Source: Myxococcota bacterium
Lineage (GTDB): Bacteria > Myxococcota_A > SURF-8 > G963663525
DNA length: 64,000 nucleotides
Assembly: GCA_963676915.2 (NCBI GenBank)
Contig: CAXXVK010000053.1
Location: 32,001 to 96,000, forward strand
Direction: 5' to 3'
Both the position numbers and the translations under genes were made by a program. Positions 1 to 10,607 of this stretch are shown here, piece by piece. The notes beneath the pieces were generated by a model that had not been told where the DNA came from, ran no database searches, and was given only the letters and a program-made list of their open reading frames with translations. Each line of letters begins with the position of its first letter. Position 1 is the stretch's first letter.

Positions 1-1137
1 TCCGAGCACCCTGCTTCTTCAAGGATTTCGCGGGTATGCGCACCCTGCGCGGGAACATCGGTCTGCTCATCCAAACTCTGCCCGAAGACATCCGGCAGTG
101 AAGGAAGCGACAACATCTCGTCACTGCCTTCGATCCTCTGTTCCTTGAACCAACCACGATCTCTGGCCAGCGGAGTATCCGGTATTTCCTCCATGTGCAA
201 AATCGGCTCGGTGCAGCAATCGGCATCCGCCAGGAGATTGCTCCATTCCTCGAACGTGTATTTCTTGAACAATTCCCGCATCTTCTCGAATCCCGGACTC
301 CCTTCCACGGCAGGATCGAAATGATGCTCCAGCAGGTCGGGACGCTCTACAGTCTTGCAAAACGCTTTATAGAATTTCGGTTCCAGCGCACTCAAAGAGA
401 TGTAACGCCCGTCTTTGGTTTCGTAGATATTGTAACAAGCCAACGAACCGGTCAACATGGTCGAACCACTTCGAGGTGTCTGTCCCGTGGCACGGTCGGT
501 ATGTCCAAACGGCATCAACATCGATGTCCAGTCGGCTATTCCAATATCGATTTTCGCCCCTTCTCCCGTAGTTTTCTGACGCAACAAGGCCGCCAGCAAC
601 GCTCCAACGGCAGGCAATGAACCACCCGCAATGTCGGCGATCTGCGTTCCGGGCATCGTGGGAGCACCGCCCGGCGGAGCATTCAGCCCCCAAAAAGCCG
701 CTCAACGCTACGAAGTTCAGGTCGTGACCGGCTCGATCTCGATAGATTCCCGTTTGACCGTATCCACTGATGGAACAGACGATCACCTCCGGGATTTTCT
801 CTTTCAAGACCTCGTAACCGATCCCCAGCCGATCGAGCACACCGGGCCGAAAGCTTTCGACAATCACCGGACGATCCCGTGCCAGGTCGAAAAACGCCTC
901 TCGCCCCTCATCGGAACGCAGATCGAGCACCACGGAACGTTTGCCCCTGTTCAGCGTTGCGAAATGCGCGCCTTGCACGCTTCCGGCAAACGGAGCCGTC
1001 CGCATGTAATCGCCTGCACCGGGATCCTCCACCTTCACCACATCCGCTCCCCAGGATTGCAGAATCCAGGTCGCAAACGGACCGGGCAACAGACGTGTCA
1101 AATCGAGAATTTTGATACCTTCCAACGGCAATGCCAT
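1..1137 (-). CDS. CaiB/BaiF family (class III) CoA-transferase, runs off window start; one apparent +1 frameshift near 687-691
   Basis: MALPLEGIKILDLTRLLPGPFATWIL, NRGKRSVVLDL, ESFRPGV, SISGYGQTG, AGHDLNF motifs; GGAGG RBS. Removing one G from the GGGGG run restores 'LNAPPGGAPTMPGTQIADIAGG...YETKDGRYISLSALEPKF...PAQGAHTREIL'. Confidence 0.9.
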
Positions 1138-1257
1138 AGTCGCCTCCACTTTGTTGTCTACGCTTTCCACATTAGCGGGAGCTTCGTTCCAGAACAAACG
1201 AAAAACGCCGGAGTGTGGCACTCCGGCGCAATCTTTCGCGATTTTTCGCGATTCGGC

Positions 1258-2432
1258 TCAGGCGTCTACGTGACCGCGAACCGAAAGGACGATCTTGTAC
1301 AGACCGGTCAGGATAAACATGCCGGTTGCGTAAATCGCCCACCACGAGGCCGATTTCCACCCAGGTGGGCATGTATTCGACGATGTGGCCGGTCGGATTG
1401 GGCACGAAGCCCGTAATCACAAGTCCAACACCTTTGTCGATCCACAGACCGATGAACAGCATCACGCATGCAACGGGCAAGATCTTGAAATTGTTGCGCC
1501 ATTTGGGGCACCAACAACATAATCAACGCCACGATGCACAGGAACATCGAAACCCACATAAACGGGGCCAACGAATTGAACGTATTACCCATTTTGTCAT
1601 GCAGTCCGATGAACATGTATTCGAAATGATGCATATGCTCAGGCATGTCGCTGTACAAACCGGTAAACAGTTCCAGCGCAACGAAGAACAAGTTAACCGC
1701 CAGAGCGTAGGTCGCGATAACCGCAAGCTTTTTGATCGGCTTCTCACCGGCGTCGAATCGGGTGATCTTGCGCAGCAACAGGCAGAGCAGGACCAACAGC
1801 GAGGGACCGGCGGCAAAGGCCGAGGCCAAAAAGCGCGGGGCCAGAATAGCCGTCATCCAGAAGGGGCGGCCTTCGAGTCCGGCGTACAGGAACGCCGTTA
1901 CCGTGTGAATGCTGACCGCCCAGGGGATCGACAGAATGATGATCGGTTTGATCCACTTCGGCGGGGCAACCTGCTTTTTCTCGGCGTCGAACGTGACGCG
2001 GGTGATGAGAATGTTCAGGAACAGGTATCCGTTAAGCACGAATGCATCCCAGAACAGCAGAGAATTGGGCGTCGGGTGCAAAAACAGGTTCATGGCACGA
2101 ATCGGCTGGCCGATATCGACGATAACGAACATCAGGCAGATGATGACCGACGCGATGGCGACGAACTCGCCCAGGACCGTGATTTTCCCGAAGTCCTTGT
2201 AATTGTGGAGGTAGTAGGGCAACACGACCATGACGGCACTGGCCGCCACGCCGACCATGAAGGTCAACTGGCCGATGTAGAATCCCCACGGGATGTCCCG
2301 GCTCATGCCGGTCACGCCCAGACCTTCGACGAACTGGTACAGGTAAATCAACCCGCCCATGCCCATCAGGGTCATCAGGCTGAACATCCAGATCCAGTAT
2401 CCTTTGCTTCCGCTTAATGCCTTCTCAAGCAT
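1258..2432 (-). CDS. dsrP: DsrP, NrfD/PsrC-family membrane subunit of DsrMKJOP (two apparent +1 frameshifts near 1505 and 1338)
   Basis: GLGVTGMSRDIPWGFYI, VDIGQP, IPWAVSIHTVTAFL, APRFLASAF. The C-terminus (WIDKG...YMPTWVEIG...LYKIVLSV) is recovered in shifted frames. Lies directly after dsrO. Confidence 0.93.
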
Positions 2433-2439
2433 GGCAACC

Positions 2440-3217
2440 TCAAACTAGGTAAAAGACGTGGGGCATGGTGCCCAAAACAGGCTTCCGGCGAATGGAGTAT
2501 CGGGACTCCAGCAGACGCCTGACCTCGGAGTTCGGATCATTGATGTCCCCGAAGGTAAGCGCACCGTCCGTACAAGCGTCAACACACGCAGGTTGCTGAC
2601 CTCTGGCCAGTCCGTTCCGCGCAGAAGTTGCACTTTTCGACGACACCCTTGGTCCGGGTCGGGAACTCGGGGTTGATCTTTTTGATGTGCGGACGCGGGT
2701 TGCGCCAGTTGAAACTACGGGAACCGTAAGGACAAGCCACGATACAGTACCGGCAACCGATGCAACGGTGCATGTCCATCATCACGATGCCGTCCTCACG
2801 CTTGAAGGTCGCCTTGGTCGGGCAGACGCGTACGCAAGGGGGACGCTCACAATGGTTGCACATGACGGGTACGGATTTTTCCTGGTACGGACGAGCAACG
2901 TATTCGTGCTCCTGGTTCGGAAATGCATTGCCGAACGGTTCGGACCAGATCCACTTGATTTTGTCCTTTTCGCGTTCCATATCGGGCACGTTGTGAATCT
3001 TGTGGCAGGCTTCGAACAGCTTCGACAGGTCTTTGCCCGCACATTTTTTCAGATCCACCACCATGGCCCAGCGCACGTCGCCCTCTTTCAAGGGTTCCCC
3101 GGGTTTGAACATATCGCCGTCGCTCAGTGGCGCGGCAAGACCTTTTGCCGAAAGTCCACCCAAAAGGGCCAGGGAGGCTCCAGCCGTCTTCAGAAATTCT
3201 CTTCTACTGCCGCCCAT
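2440..3217 (-). CDS. dsrO: DsrO, Tat-exported 4Fe-4S protein (one apparent +1 frameshift near 2612)
   Basis: SRREFLK Tat motif; CNHCERPPCVRVCP, CIGCRYCIVACPYG, VEKCNFCAER. Continuation LARGQQPACVDAC...LTFGDIND...GTMPHVFY is in ORF 2440..2646. Confidence 0.93.
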
Positions 3218-3218
3218 G

Positions 3219-3605
3219 TCATATCCCCCTTGGGTTTTCGATGTGGCAATCCCAGCAGTACGGCGTCACACCCATAAAATTGTGGCACTCATCGCAGAAT
3301 TTCTCCTTGCTCTGGTGACAATGCAGACAGGTGTTCGAGAGGCTCTTGTTGTACTTCTGCCCATCCAACTCGTTGTGATACACGCGCTTGCCTTCACGCA
3401 CCACTTCGTCTCTCCAGGTGTTGAGAAGATCCATGTGGTTGGCGCGCATCCATTCTTTGTCTTTCATGCAATGCTCGCCATAGGCGGGTTTTTCGAGTTC
3501 GATCGTGTTCTGGTCGGGACTATTGGCCAGGTTGTACCAGATCGGGAAGGTGATGAGAACCAGGAAGATCACCAGCCCGGTGATGATTTTTCCACCGTCA
3601 TACAT
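3219..3605 (-). CDS. dsrJ: DsrJ triheme cytochrome c
   Basis: N-terminal TM (FPIWYN), MRANHMDLLNTWRDEVVREG, three CXXCH (CLHCH, CDECH, CWDCH). Confidence 0.97.
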   Translation of the reverse strand: MYDGGKIITGLVIFLVLITFPIWYNLANSPDQNTIELEKPAYGEHCMKDKEWMRANHMDLLNTWRDEVVREGKRVYHNELDGQKYNKSLSNTCLHCHQSKEKFCDECHNFMGVTPYCWDCHIENPRGI

Positions 3606-5249
3606 TTAGGCATCCTCCTTCGCCGGTTCACCCTCTTCGGGTTCGTCATCGGTTTCCGGCAGTTCCTCACCTCTAAGATCCATTTCGCGCTCGAATCCGT
3701 CATCGAAGACCAGCGCGTTGCCGACGAGTTCGTGTAAACCACAGACTTTGGTTCCCGGCACCCAGTATTTCATCAGTTCCGGGAAGACCGCACGGTCGAT
3801 GGCGCAGATGCACGACAGGGTGTTAACCCCGTTGTTTTCCACCACATGCTTGACCGCGTTGGCTCGGGGGAATCCACCGCGCATACGCAGTTCCATGTCT
3901 TCCGTCGCACCCAGTCCGGCACCACTGCCGCAGCAGAACGTCTGCTCACGAATGGTGTTTTCCGGCATGTCCGTAAAGTGATTGCAGACATTGTTCAGAA
4001 TGTAACGCGGTTCATCCAACATACCCATTGCACGCGCCGGGTTGCAGGAATCGTGGAAGGTGACACGGTAATTGTCGTTGCGGCGAGGATCGAGCTTCAG
4101 CTTGTTGTTTTTGATCAAATCCGCCGTGAATTCACAGATGTGAATCATGCTGGTGGACTTGGCATGCTCGAAGCGGGTGCCGGTGATCGGCGAAACCGGA
4201 GTTTCGAGGAAGTCGGCAGGTCCGTTGTGAGTGTCCATGTACTGCTGTACGACACGCCACATGTGACCGCATTCGCCACCAAGAATCCATTTGCTGCCCA
4301 GCCGCTTCGCCTCATGATACATCTTGAAGTTGAGGCGCTTCATCATCTCGTGCGAGGTGAACAGACCGAAGTTACCGCCCTCGGAAGCGTAGGTGCTGAA
4401 CGTGTAGTCGAGATCGAGATAATCGAACAGCAGCAAATACCCCATCAGGGTATAGATTCCGGGGTCGGCGTGGAAGTCACCGGACGGGATAATGAACAGG
4501 ATTTCCGCACCCTTACGGTTGAACGGAGGATCGATCTTGCGACCGCAGAGATCCTCGATTTCTTCGAGGACATACTCCATATCGTCCATCAGGGCGTGGG
4601 GTTGCAATCCCAAGTGGTTGCCGGTCCGCTGGCAGTCCGCCACGGAGTTGAGAATCCAGTGGGCGTTGATACCCAGCAGATTGAGCAGCTCGCGACCGAT
4701 GATGGTGATTTCCGCCGTATCGATACCGTAGGGGCAGAAGACCGAACAGCGACGACACTCGGTGCATTGGAAGAAGTAGTAGAACCACTCCTTGATGACA
4801 TCGATGGTCAGTTCGCGTCCACCCACCATTTTTCCCATGATTTTGCCCGCAAGGGTAAAATCTTTGCGGTAAACGGCTCGAAGCAGTTCGGCGCGCAGCA
4901 CCGGCATGTTCTTCGGATCGCCGGACCCTAGGAAAAAGTGGCATTTATCGGCGCAAGCACCGCAACGCACGCAGATATCCATGAAGAGACGGAACGAACG
5001 ATATTTGTCCAGCCGTTCACGCATTCCTTCATAGATGATTTCTTTCCAATTATCAGGGAGTTTCCAATCCTCGTCCTGTGGCGACCACCGGCGGGGATTC
5101 GGCATTCCCAGGTACTCCATTTTTTCCGGCGCGGAAGGATTGAGATACATGCCCTCACGAATCTCGGTGGGCTTGTTCATCCAGCCATCCGCAGGCGGAT
5201 TGAAGTCGTATTGAGCCAGTTCCTCTGGTTTGGGAAGTTTTGGAGACAT
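3606..5249 (-). CDS. dsrK: DsrK, HdrD-like Fe-S/CCG subunit
   Basis: CVRCGACADKC, CTECRRCSVFCP, GECGH, FHDSCN, FCCGSGAG, CAIDR. Confidence 0.98.
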   Translation of the reverse strand: MSPKLPKPEELAQYDFNPPADGWMNKPTEIREGMYLNPSAPEKMEYLGMPNPRRWSPQDEDWKLPDNWKEIIYEGMRERLDKYRSFRLFMDICVRCGACADKCHFFLGSGDPKNMPVLRAELLRAVYRKDFTLAGKIMGKMVGGRELTIDVIKEWFYYFFQCTECRRCSVFCPYGIDTAEITIIGRELLNLLGINAHWILNSVADCQRTGNHLGLQPHALMDDMEYVLEEIEDLCGRKIDPPFNRKGAEILFIIPSGDFHADPGIYTLMGYLLLFDYLDLDYTFSTYASEGGNFGLFTSHEMMKRLNFKMYHEAKRLGSKWILGGECGHMWRVVQQYMDTHNGPADFLETPVSPITGTRFEHAKSTSMIHICEFTADLIKNNKLKLDPRRNDNYRVTFHDSCNPARAMGMLDEPRYILNNVCNHFTDMPENTIREQTFCCGSGAGLGATEDMELRMRGGFPRANAVKHVVENNGVNTLSCICAIDRAVFPELMKYWVPGTKVCGLHELVGNALVFDDGFEREMDLRGEELPETDDEPEEGEPAKEDA

Positions 5250-5251
5250 CG

Positions 5252-6259
5252 CTACTCCTCGTTATCCAATGGAATGCCAACCTGTTTGAGCTTGTCCCCA
5301 AACTCCTCTTCCCACTCCTTGTAGGTGTGTACCTCGACCTCGGGGTTCCAGGGATTGATGTGCCTGAAAGCACGGCTGTTCGCCTGCATGTTCCGGGTGG
5401 GACTGAGGAAAACGCCGCCGAGGTGCATCAGCTTGCTGAACGGGAAATAAGCGAACAGCGCACTGACGAACAGGACGTGGATGTAAAAAATCGAGCCGAT
5501 GGACTCGGGAACCACGGGAGAGAAGGTGACAAGACCCAGGGTCAGTTCCTTGACCGCAACCAAATCCACTTTCATGAAATACCGCATGAGAACACCGCTG
5601 AAAGCGATTCCCAGGATCAGCAGGAGCGGGAAATAGTCGGCAGGCAAAGAAATGTATCGGATTTGCGGAACGACGATCCGACGCAAGAACAGGTAGCTCA
5701 CGGCGGCTACGATGATGACGTCGGAAATGAAGAGGATCGGCACGCCAATCTGGAAAAATCCGTCGAAAACCTCCATCCAATGTACGAACGCAGGAGACGG
5801 CTCCAGGAAAAAGCGCAGGTGGCGCAGGAAAATCACCAGGAACGTATAGTGAAACGCCAGACCGGCCGCCCAAAGGTATTTATTCGAGCCGTAGACCAGT
5901 TTCGGTCCGTCTTTCAGTTCGGCGCTCGTATTACGGAACAGCGAACGAAAGAACAGCACTTCCAATGCCATGCGAATCACGACATCGAACTTGCTTTGAG
6001 GGTTTTCGATTCTTTCGGGTTTGATCCAATCCAGGGATTGTTGTTGCCCGCAAGTGGTGGGAATATTAAACGGCACCGGAGTTTTCATCCAACGAACGAT
6101 TCGCCAGACGAATCCCGCCAGAAACAGCGCGATGGCCGCATAGGGAATCACCACCCCGAACAACGTATGCAAACCCGCAACTCCAGCCCCGAGGTAGCCG
6201 ATCAGCGTCAATGCGATGATAGCCACCAAGGCCGTACCCAAGGATAGGAAGGTGCTCAT
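5252..6259 (-). CDS. dsrM: DsrM, NarI-like di-heme cytochrome b
   Basis: IPTTCGQQQSL, EVLFFRSLFRNT, FHY...LRHLRFF, YFPFSKLMH...PTRNM. Confidence 0.97.
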   Translation of the reverse strand: MSTFLSLGTALVAIIALTLIGYLGAGVAGLHTLFGVVIPYAAIALFLAGFVWRIVRWMKTPVPFNIPTTCGQQQSLDWIKPERIENPQSKFDVVIRMALEVLFFRSLFRNTSAELKDGPKLVYGSNKYLWAAGLAFHYTFLVIFLRHLRFFLEPSPAFVHWMEVFDGFFQIGVPILFISDVIIVAAVSYLFLRRIVVPQIRYISLPADYFPLLLILGIAFSGVLMRYFMKVDLVAVKELTLGLVTFSPVVPESIGSIFYIHVLFVSALFAYFPFSKLMHLGGVFLSPTRNMQANSRAFRHINPWNPEVEVHTYKEWEEEFGDKLKQVGIPLDNEE

Positions 6260-6831
6260 TTGCCTTCACCTCGATTCAGGTTGCTTGAGCTAGTGGTTTC
6301 AGGACTTTTTCCAAAACGTTTGCGACGTTCGGCGGAAAGTTTTTCCGCCTTCTCCAGCATCTGCTGGCTCTCTTGTATCGCATGACCCTGTTTCAACTGG
6401 GCCACTTCATCGCGGCATTGACAGTATACATCGAAACAAAACAATGCCACGGTGTCGATTTTGGATTCGAACTCTAAGAGATCCCGAAGAACGGTTTGGT
6501 CGGGTTTCGACTTGAAAAGCTGTTCCCTGATCGCGGTTTTCAATAGGAAAACGAAAACCGTAGCCTGGGAAGCTTTGAGTTGCTGAACGGCACGGATACG
6601 AACGACATCATCGAGAATCCGCATGAATTCCTCGACATCGGCATCCTCGATCAGGGCATTGAGCAAATCTCCCACGGCACGATAGGTCGTCTGTCCCACC
6701 GGATTGGCGAAAGGATTCTTCACGTTCAGAAGAAATTTCGCCGTTTCTTCCGGGTAGCAGCCAGCTATCTTCTCAAACCATTTTTTTAGAATGATTTTTT
6801 TGTTATCGGAGAGAAATTGGACCAACGCCAT
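6256..6831 (-). CDS. dsrT: DsrT (RsbRD N-terminal domain protein)
   Basis: W...YPEETAKFL...NPFANPVG...LDDVVRIRAVQ...FVFLLK...FDVYCQCR; canonical position immediately upstream of dsrM. Confidence 0.92.
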   Translation of the reverse strand: MALVQFLSDNKKIILKKWFEKIAGCYPEETAKFLLNVKNPFANPVGQTTYRAVGDLLNALIEDADVEEFMRILDDVVRIRAVQQLKASQATVFVFLLKTAIREQLFKSKPDQTVLRDLLEFESKIDTVALFCFDVYCQCRDEVAQLKQGHAIQESQQMLEKAEKLSAERRKRFGKSPETTSSSNLNRGEGK

Positions 6832-6933
6832 AATCGAAGCTCCTCAGCGTCGAAAACAACTCGAACAACACGTTCAAATCGGAAAAACGTTCCCCGCGTA
6901 TAGCGAGGAACGCTCATCCGATCGATTTCGGAA

Positions 6934-7251
6934 TCAGACGCAGCCGGTCGGCTTGGGGAGACCCGCGAGTTTGCAGGCGCCCTTGGCCGGTCCACTGGGG
7001 AACAGCGCGTAGATTTCTTTGAGTTTGAAGCCGGACTGCTTGCTCATTTTCCGGATCATCGGAGCCGTGCCGTACTCTTTGAAGTACTCACGAAGATAGT
7101 TCATGATTTTCCAGTGATCTTCACCCAGATCATCAATGCCTTCGGTTTTGGCCAGGGCAGTGGCGATTTCGGGAGTCCAATCTTCGGGATTGACAATGAA
7201 ACCATCCTCATCCACTTCGACACTTACTCCACCTTCTTCGAACATAGGCAT
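6934..7251 (-). CDS. dsrC: DsrC sulfur carrier (105 aa)
   Basis: VDEDGF...HWKI...LFPSGPAKGACKLAGLPKPTGCV with both C-terminal Cys (C-X10-C); AGGAGG RBS before MPMFEE. Confidence 0.98.
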   Translation of the reverse strand: MPMFEEGGVSVEVDEDGFIVNPEDWTPEIATALAKTEGIDDLGEDHWKIMNYLREYFKEYGTAPMIRKMSKQSGFKLKEIYALFPSGPAKGACKLAGLPKPTGCV

Positions 7252-7326
7252 GAGATTTCCTCCTGTTAGAGATGAACCCAAGTATTCGCCGGTCATTCGG
7301 GAACCGGCAACCAAAAAAGTGCTCTT

Positions 7327-7887
7327 CTATGCTTCCAGTAACGGATCCATTTGCGCCTTGAAGGCAGGATCCGGTTCGAATCCGTATTCCAACGCTTTGA
7401 GATAATGCTGTTTGGCGTTTTCCTTCTCTTCGGTTTCCAAATAGCCGACCGCCAGGCAATAATGTGCCTGTGCGAATTCAGGAACGTTTTCTACGACTTT
7501 TTTACATGTGTCAATACTTTTTTGAATCTCGCCCATCATCAGATGAGCCAACCCGACGTTGGCGAGGGCGACGAAATTCTGGTCGCTAAGCCGGTAAGCC
7601 TCGCTATTGTAGTGCAAACAGGCTTCCCAATCGCCCATCGCGAAATACAATCCACCCAGATTGATATAGGCTTCCGCGAAATCGGGATTCAAAGCAATGG
7701 TCTTCTTGAATTCCAACTCGGCCTGCTCGAACATGTTGGTTTCCGCATACGCAATCGCTAGATTGAAATGCGTTTCCACCGAATCGGGGAAGAACTTCAA
7801 ATATTGCAGATACCGATCGATCGCAGCCTCGTTGAATTGCTCGGGAGGTACGGCTTCCGGTTTTGGTTTTTTCGTGTCGTTTGCCAT
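7327..7887 (-). CDS. TPR-repeat protein embedded in the dsr operon
   Basis: Repeated TPR units (HFNLAIAY, AEAYINLGGLY, ALANVGLAHL, AQAHYCLAVGY); starts 6 nt after the dsrN stop. Confidence 0.9.
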   Translation of the reverse strand: MANDTKKPKPEAVPPEQFNEAAIDRYLQYLKFFPDSVETHFNLAIAYAETNMFEQAELEFKKTIALNPDFAEAYINLGGLYFAMGDWEACLHYNSEAYRLSDQNFVALANVGLAHLMMGEIQKSIDTCKKVVENVPEFAQAHYCLAVGYLETEEKENAKQHYLKALEYGFEPDPAFKAQMDPLLEA

Positions 7888-7893
7888 AAGTAC

Positions 7894-9378
7894 TTATCCT
7901 TGAGTCGAAGTCGTTTCCGTTGAAATACTGCATCCGGGACAACCGGAGGCTCCGCAACGTGGCGCTCCCGCTCGGATTGAACGGTCACCGCGTCGATAGT
8001 CACGAGCGGCGTTGACCATCCCCGTCGCCCATTTCGGAGTTGCCAGAGCGTGAAGATGAGTATAGGAGGCCAAAACGTTGCCCATAATCACTCCCTCGCG
8101 CCGGTCAGCCACTCCGGCTCCACGCCGAACATGAAAAACCGTGCGTCCCACGGGAGTTTTGGGTTCATCTATTTTTGAATAATGAAATTCGTGTCCGAAA
8201 ATCGTGTCGCCAGGCTCGAAAAACGGATTTTCCAGTGTCGTTTCGAGTTCGCTATACCCATGACCTTCGGGCTTTTTGCCGATCACGATTTCATAAGGAA
8301 AAACGCCGCACATCGGGTAGTTTTCTCCCTGCCAGTTCACAGACCGGCAAAGATACATCAAACCACCGCACTCGGCGTATATCGGCAAACCGTCACGCGA
8401 TGCTTCCAGGATATTCTCCCGTAGCGACGCATTGGCCGAAAGCATGGAGGCGTGGGTTTCGGGAAATCCGCCCCCGATATACAAAGCATGAAGAGGCTCG
8501 GGCAATTGAGAATCGGAAAGCGAATCGATTTCCGTCAGTTCCGCCCCTTGATCTCGTAGCGCCTGAAGATTGTCGGGATAGTAAAAATTGAAAGCCCCAT
8601 CCCGTACAACACCGATTCTCGGACCGTTCGCGTTCAATTCGTCCGTGTGTTGTATCGGCTCGAAATCCACGGGACGGGTCAATGCTTCGGCACGTTCTAG
8701 AATGGCGGACACATCGAGATAGTTCGAAACCGTTTCAGCGGCGAACCGTCGAACTTCCACCGCATCGTCGGACTCATGCACGGGAACGAGTCCCAGGTGC
8801 CTGCCGGGAACGAAGCGGGAGTTTTTCAGCTTTGGAATACATCCCAATACGGGAACCTTGCAGATGGATTCAATCGCTTCCGTGGCAACGGCCTGATGCC
8901 GTTTCCCCGCTACGCGGTTCAGTACCACACCGGCAAGGCGAAGTTCTGGATCGAGTGTCTGACAGCCTAGAACCAAGGCTGCAAGCGTTCGCGTGGATTT
9001 GGTCGCATCCACCACCAGCAGCACCGGAGCGCCGAGAAGATTTGCCAATACCGCCGTGGAATGGGTACCTTGGGCGTTCATGCCATCGTGAAGACCACGA
9101 TTGCCTTCCACAAGGGAAAAATCTCCGCCCAAGCTGTTGCTGCCGAAAGAAGAAAGGCAGCGTTCGTTACCGAAAAGATGGGAATCGAGGTTGAAACAGT
9201 CGGTTTTCGCGGCAAAAGACAACCAGGCCGCGTCGATATAATCCGGACCCTTTTTAAACGGTCGTACGTCGGTGCCGCTTTCGCGCAACGTCGCCGTCAA
9301 ACCGAGGGCTACCAGCGTCTTCCCGCTATCGCCACTCAGCCCGGCAACCACCAACCTCGGACTGTTCAACTTCATCAC
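7894..9378 (-). CDS. dsrN: DsrN siroheme amidase (CbiA/CobB family)
   Basis: GDSGKT, FKKGPDYID, EGNRGLHDG, RHLGLVP, AFNFYY, GGGFPE, YAECGGLMYL, GHEFHYS, YTHLH; dsr context. Confidence 0.93.
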   Translation of the reverse strand: MMKLNSPRLVVAGLSGDSGKTLVALGLTATLRESGTDVRPFKKGPDYIDAAWLSFAAKTDCFNLDSHLFGNERCLSSFGSNSLGGDFSLVEGNRGLHDGMNAQGTHSTAVLANLLGAPVLLVVDATKSTRTLAALVLGCQTLDPELRLAGVVLNRVAGKRHQAVATEAIESICKVPVLGCIPKLKNSRFVPGRHLGLVPVHESDDAVEVRRFAAETVSNYLDVSAILERAEALTRPVDFEPIQHTDELNANGPRIGVVRDGAFNFYYPDNLQALRDQGAELTEIDSLSDSQLPEPLHALYIGGGFPETHASMLSANASLRENILEASRDGLPIYAECGGLMYLCRSVNWQGENYPMCGVFPYEIVIGKKPEGHGYSELETTLENPFFEPGDTIFGHEFHYSKIDEPKTPVGRTVFHVRRGAGVADRREGVIMGNVLASYTHLHALATPKWATGMVNAARDYRRGDRSIRAGAPRCGASGCPGCSISTETTSTQG

Positions 9379-9418
9379 TTGGAATATTCACCGGTTTAGT
9401 CGGTCGTCAACAAAACAA

Positions 9419-9450
9419 CCCCCACGGTCCGCCGAAACAGACCGTGGGGG
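9419..9450 (-). terminator. GC-rich stem-loop between dsrB and dsrN (intrinsic terminator or mRNA-stabilising hairpin)
   Basis: CCCCCACGGTC-10 nt-GACCGTGGGGG, an 11-bp perfect stem followed on the minus strand by TTGTTTTGTTG. Confidence 0.75.
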
Positions 9451-9483
9451 AAAAGCATCAGAGCTTGTTACCGTAACCCCGAA

Positions 9484-10542
9484 TTAGAACTTGAACTGCG
9501 TCGTAGCACGATGCGTCGTGGGGGCGTAGGTATAATCGTCAATGTGCTTGTCGGTGAATTCGAAACCGGTCAGCTGGAAGAATTTCTCCCAACCAATGCG
9601 GTTGATCCATTCACCCATGCGCTCGTGCTTGCGTGCGCCAGCGGCGTACACTTCGACGATCTTCTTGATGGCGTTGACCGTTTCGGGCCAGCGCGGCGGG
9701 TTGTTGGGAATGAAGGGAATGGCCAGCTTCGAGAAAGCGGGGCCACTGCGAGCGTTGGAAACTTTGCCACCAACCCAAATGGAAATTCCGTCGTACTTGG
9801 CGTTGAGAATTTTCACGCCGGGGCACATCGTGTAGCAGTTACCGCAGTACATGCAGCGTTCGCCATTGACGGTGACGGTTTTTTTCTTGGGATTGGGTTT
9901 GATCGCGTAGGTCGGGCAGGCTGCGACGAGAGTCGGAATTTCGCAGGCTTTGCGAGTTTCGTCCTCGTTGACCACCGGCGGAACGCGGTGGACACCCAAA
10001 ATGGCGATGTCCGAGCAGTGCACGGCGCCGCACATATTCAGGCAGCAGGCCAACGCGATGCGAACGCGGGCCGGAAGTTTCATTTCGACGAAGTATTCAT
10101 ACAGTTCGTCCATGACGGCTTTGACAACGCCGGAAGCGTCGGTTGCCGGGGTGTGGCAGTGCACCCAACCCTGGGTATGGACGATGCTGGTGATCGAGGG
10201 GCCCATACCGCCCACGGGCAGTCCTTCGGCCTTCAATTCATCCAACAGAGGCTGTACTTTGCTCTCGTCACTGAGCAGATACTCGACGTTATGGCGGCTG
10301 GTGAAGCGCAGGTAACCGTCGCAGTATTTGTCGGCACGCTTGCAGACATCGCGGATAGCTTCGGTCGAGAGAAGACGACCGGAACCCTGGCGGACCGTCC
10401 ACAGCTTGGCGCCGGTTTCGGACACGTGAACCATGACGCCCGGTTTCAGGATTTCATGGTATTTCCATTTCCCGTAGTTTTCTTTAATGATCGGGGGAAG
10501 GAAATTCCTAAAATCTGGAGGTCCAATATCAGTAGGGGACAT
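9484..10542 (-). CDS. dsrB: Dissimilatory sulfite reductase beta subunit (352 aa)
   Basis: [68 protein letters not shown]. Confidence 0.99.
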   Translation of the reverse strand: MSPTDIGPPDFRNFLPPIIKENYGKWKYHEILKPGVMVHVSETGAKLWTVRQGSGRLLSTEAIRDVCKRADKYCDGYLRFTSRHNVEYLLSDESKVQPLLDELKAEGLPVGGMGPSITSIVHTQGWVHCHTPATDASGVVKAVMDELYEYFVEMKLPARVRIALACCLNMCGAVHCSDIAILGVHRVPPVVNEDETRKACEIPTLVAACPTYAIKPNPKKKTVTVNGERCMYCGNCYTMCPGVKILNAKYDGISIWVGGKVSNARSGPAFSKLAIPFIPNNPPRWPETVNAIKKIVEVYAAGARKHERMGEWINRIGWEKFFQLTGFEFTDKHIDDYTYAPTTHRATTQFKF

Positions 10543-10607
10543 TTGTATTACTCCTTTTGGCAGTTATAAATCGGCTCTTTCTCTGTACCCGAAGAAAACT
10601 TCGGATC

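Noticed and set aside
680-2620. Frameshifts in the CoA-transferase, dsrP (two) and dsrO as pseudogenisation or programmed frameshifting
   Set aside because: All are single-base insertions, mostly extending short G/C runs, and removing them restores full conserved proteins without stops. This is typical of long-read or low-coverage error and needs read-level confirmation.
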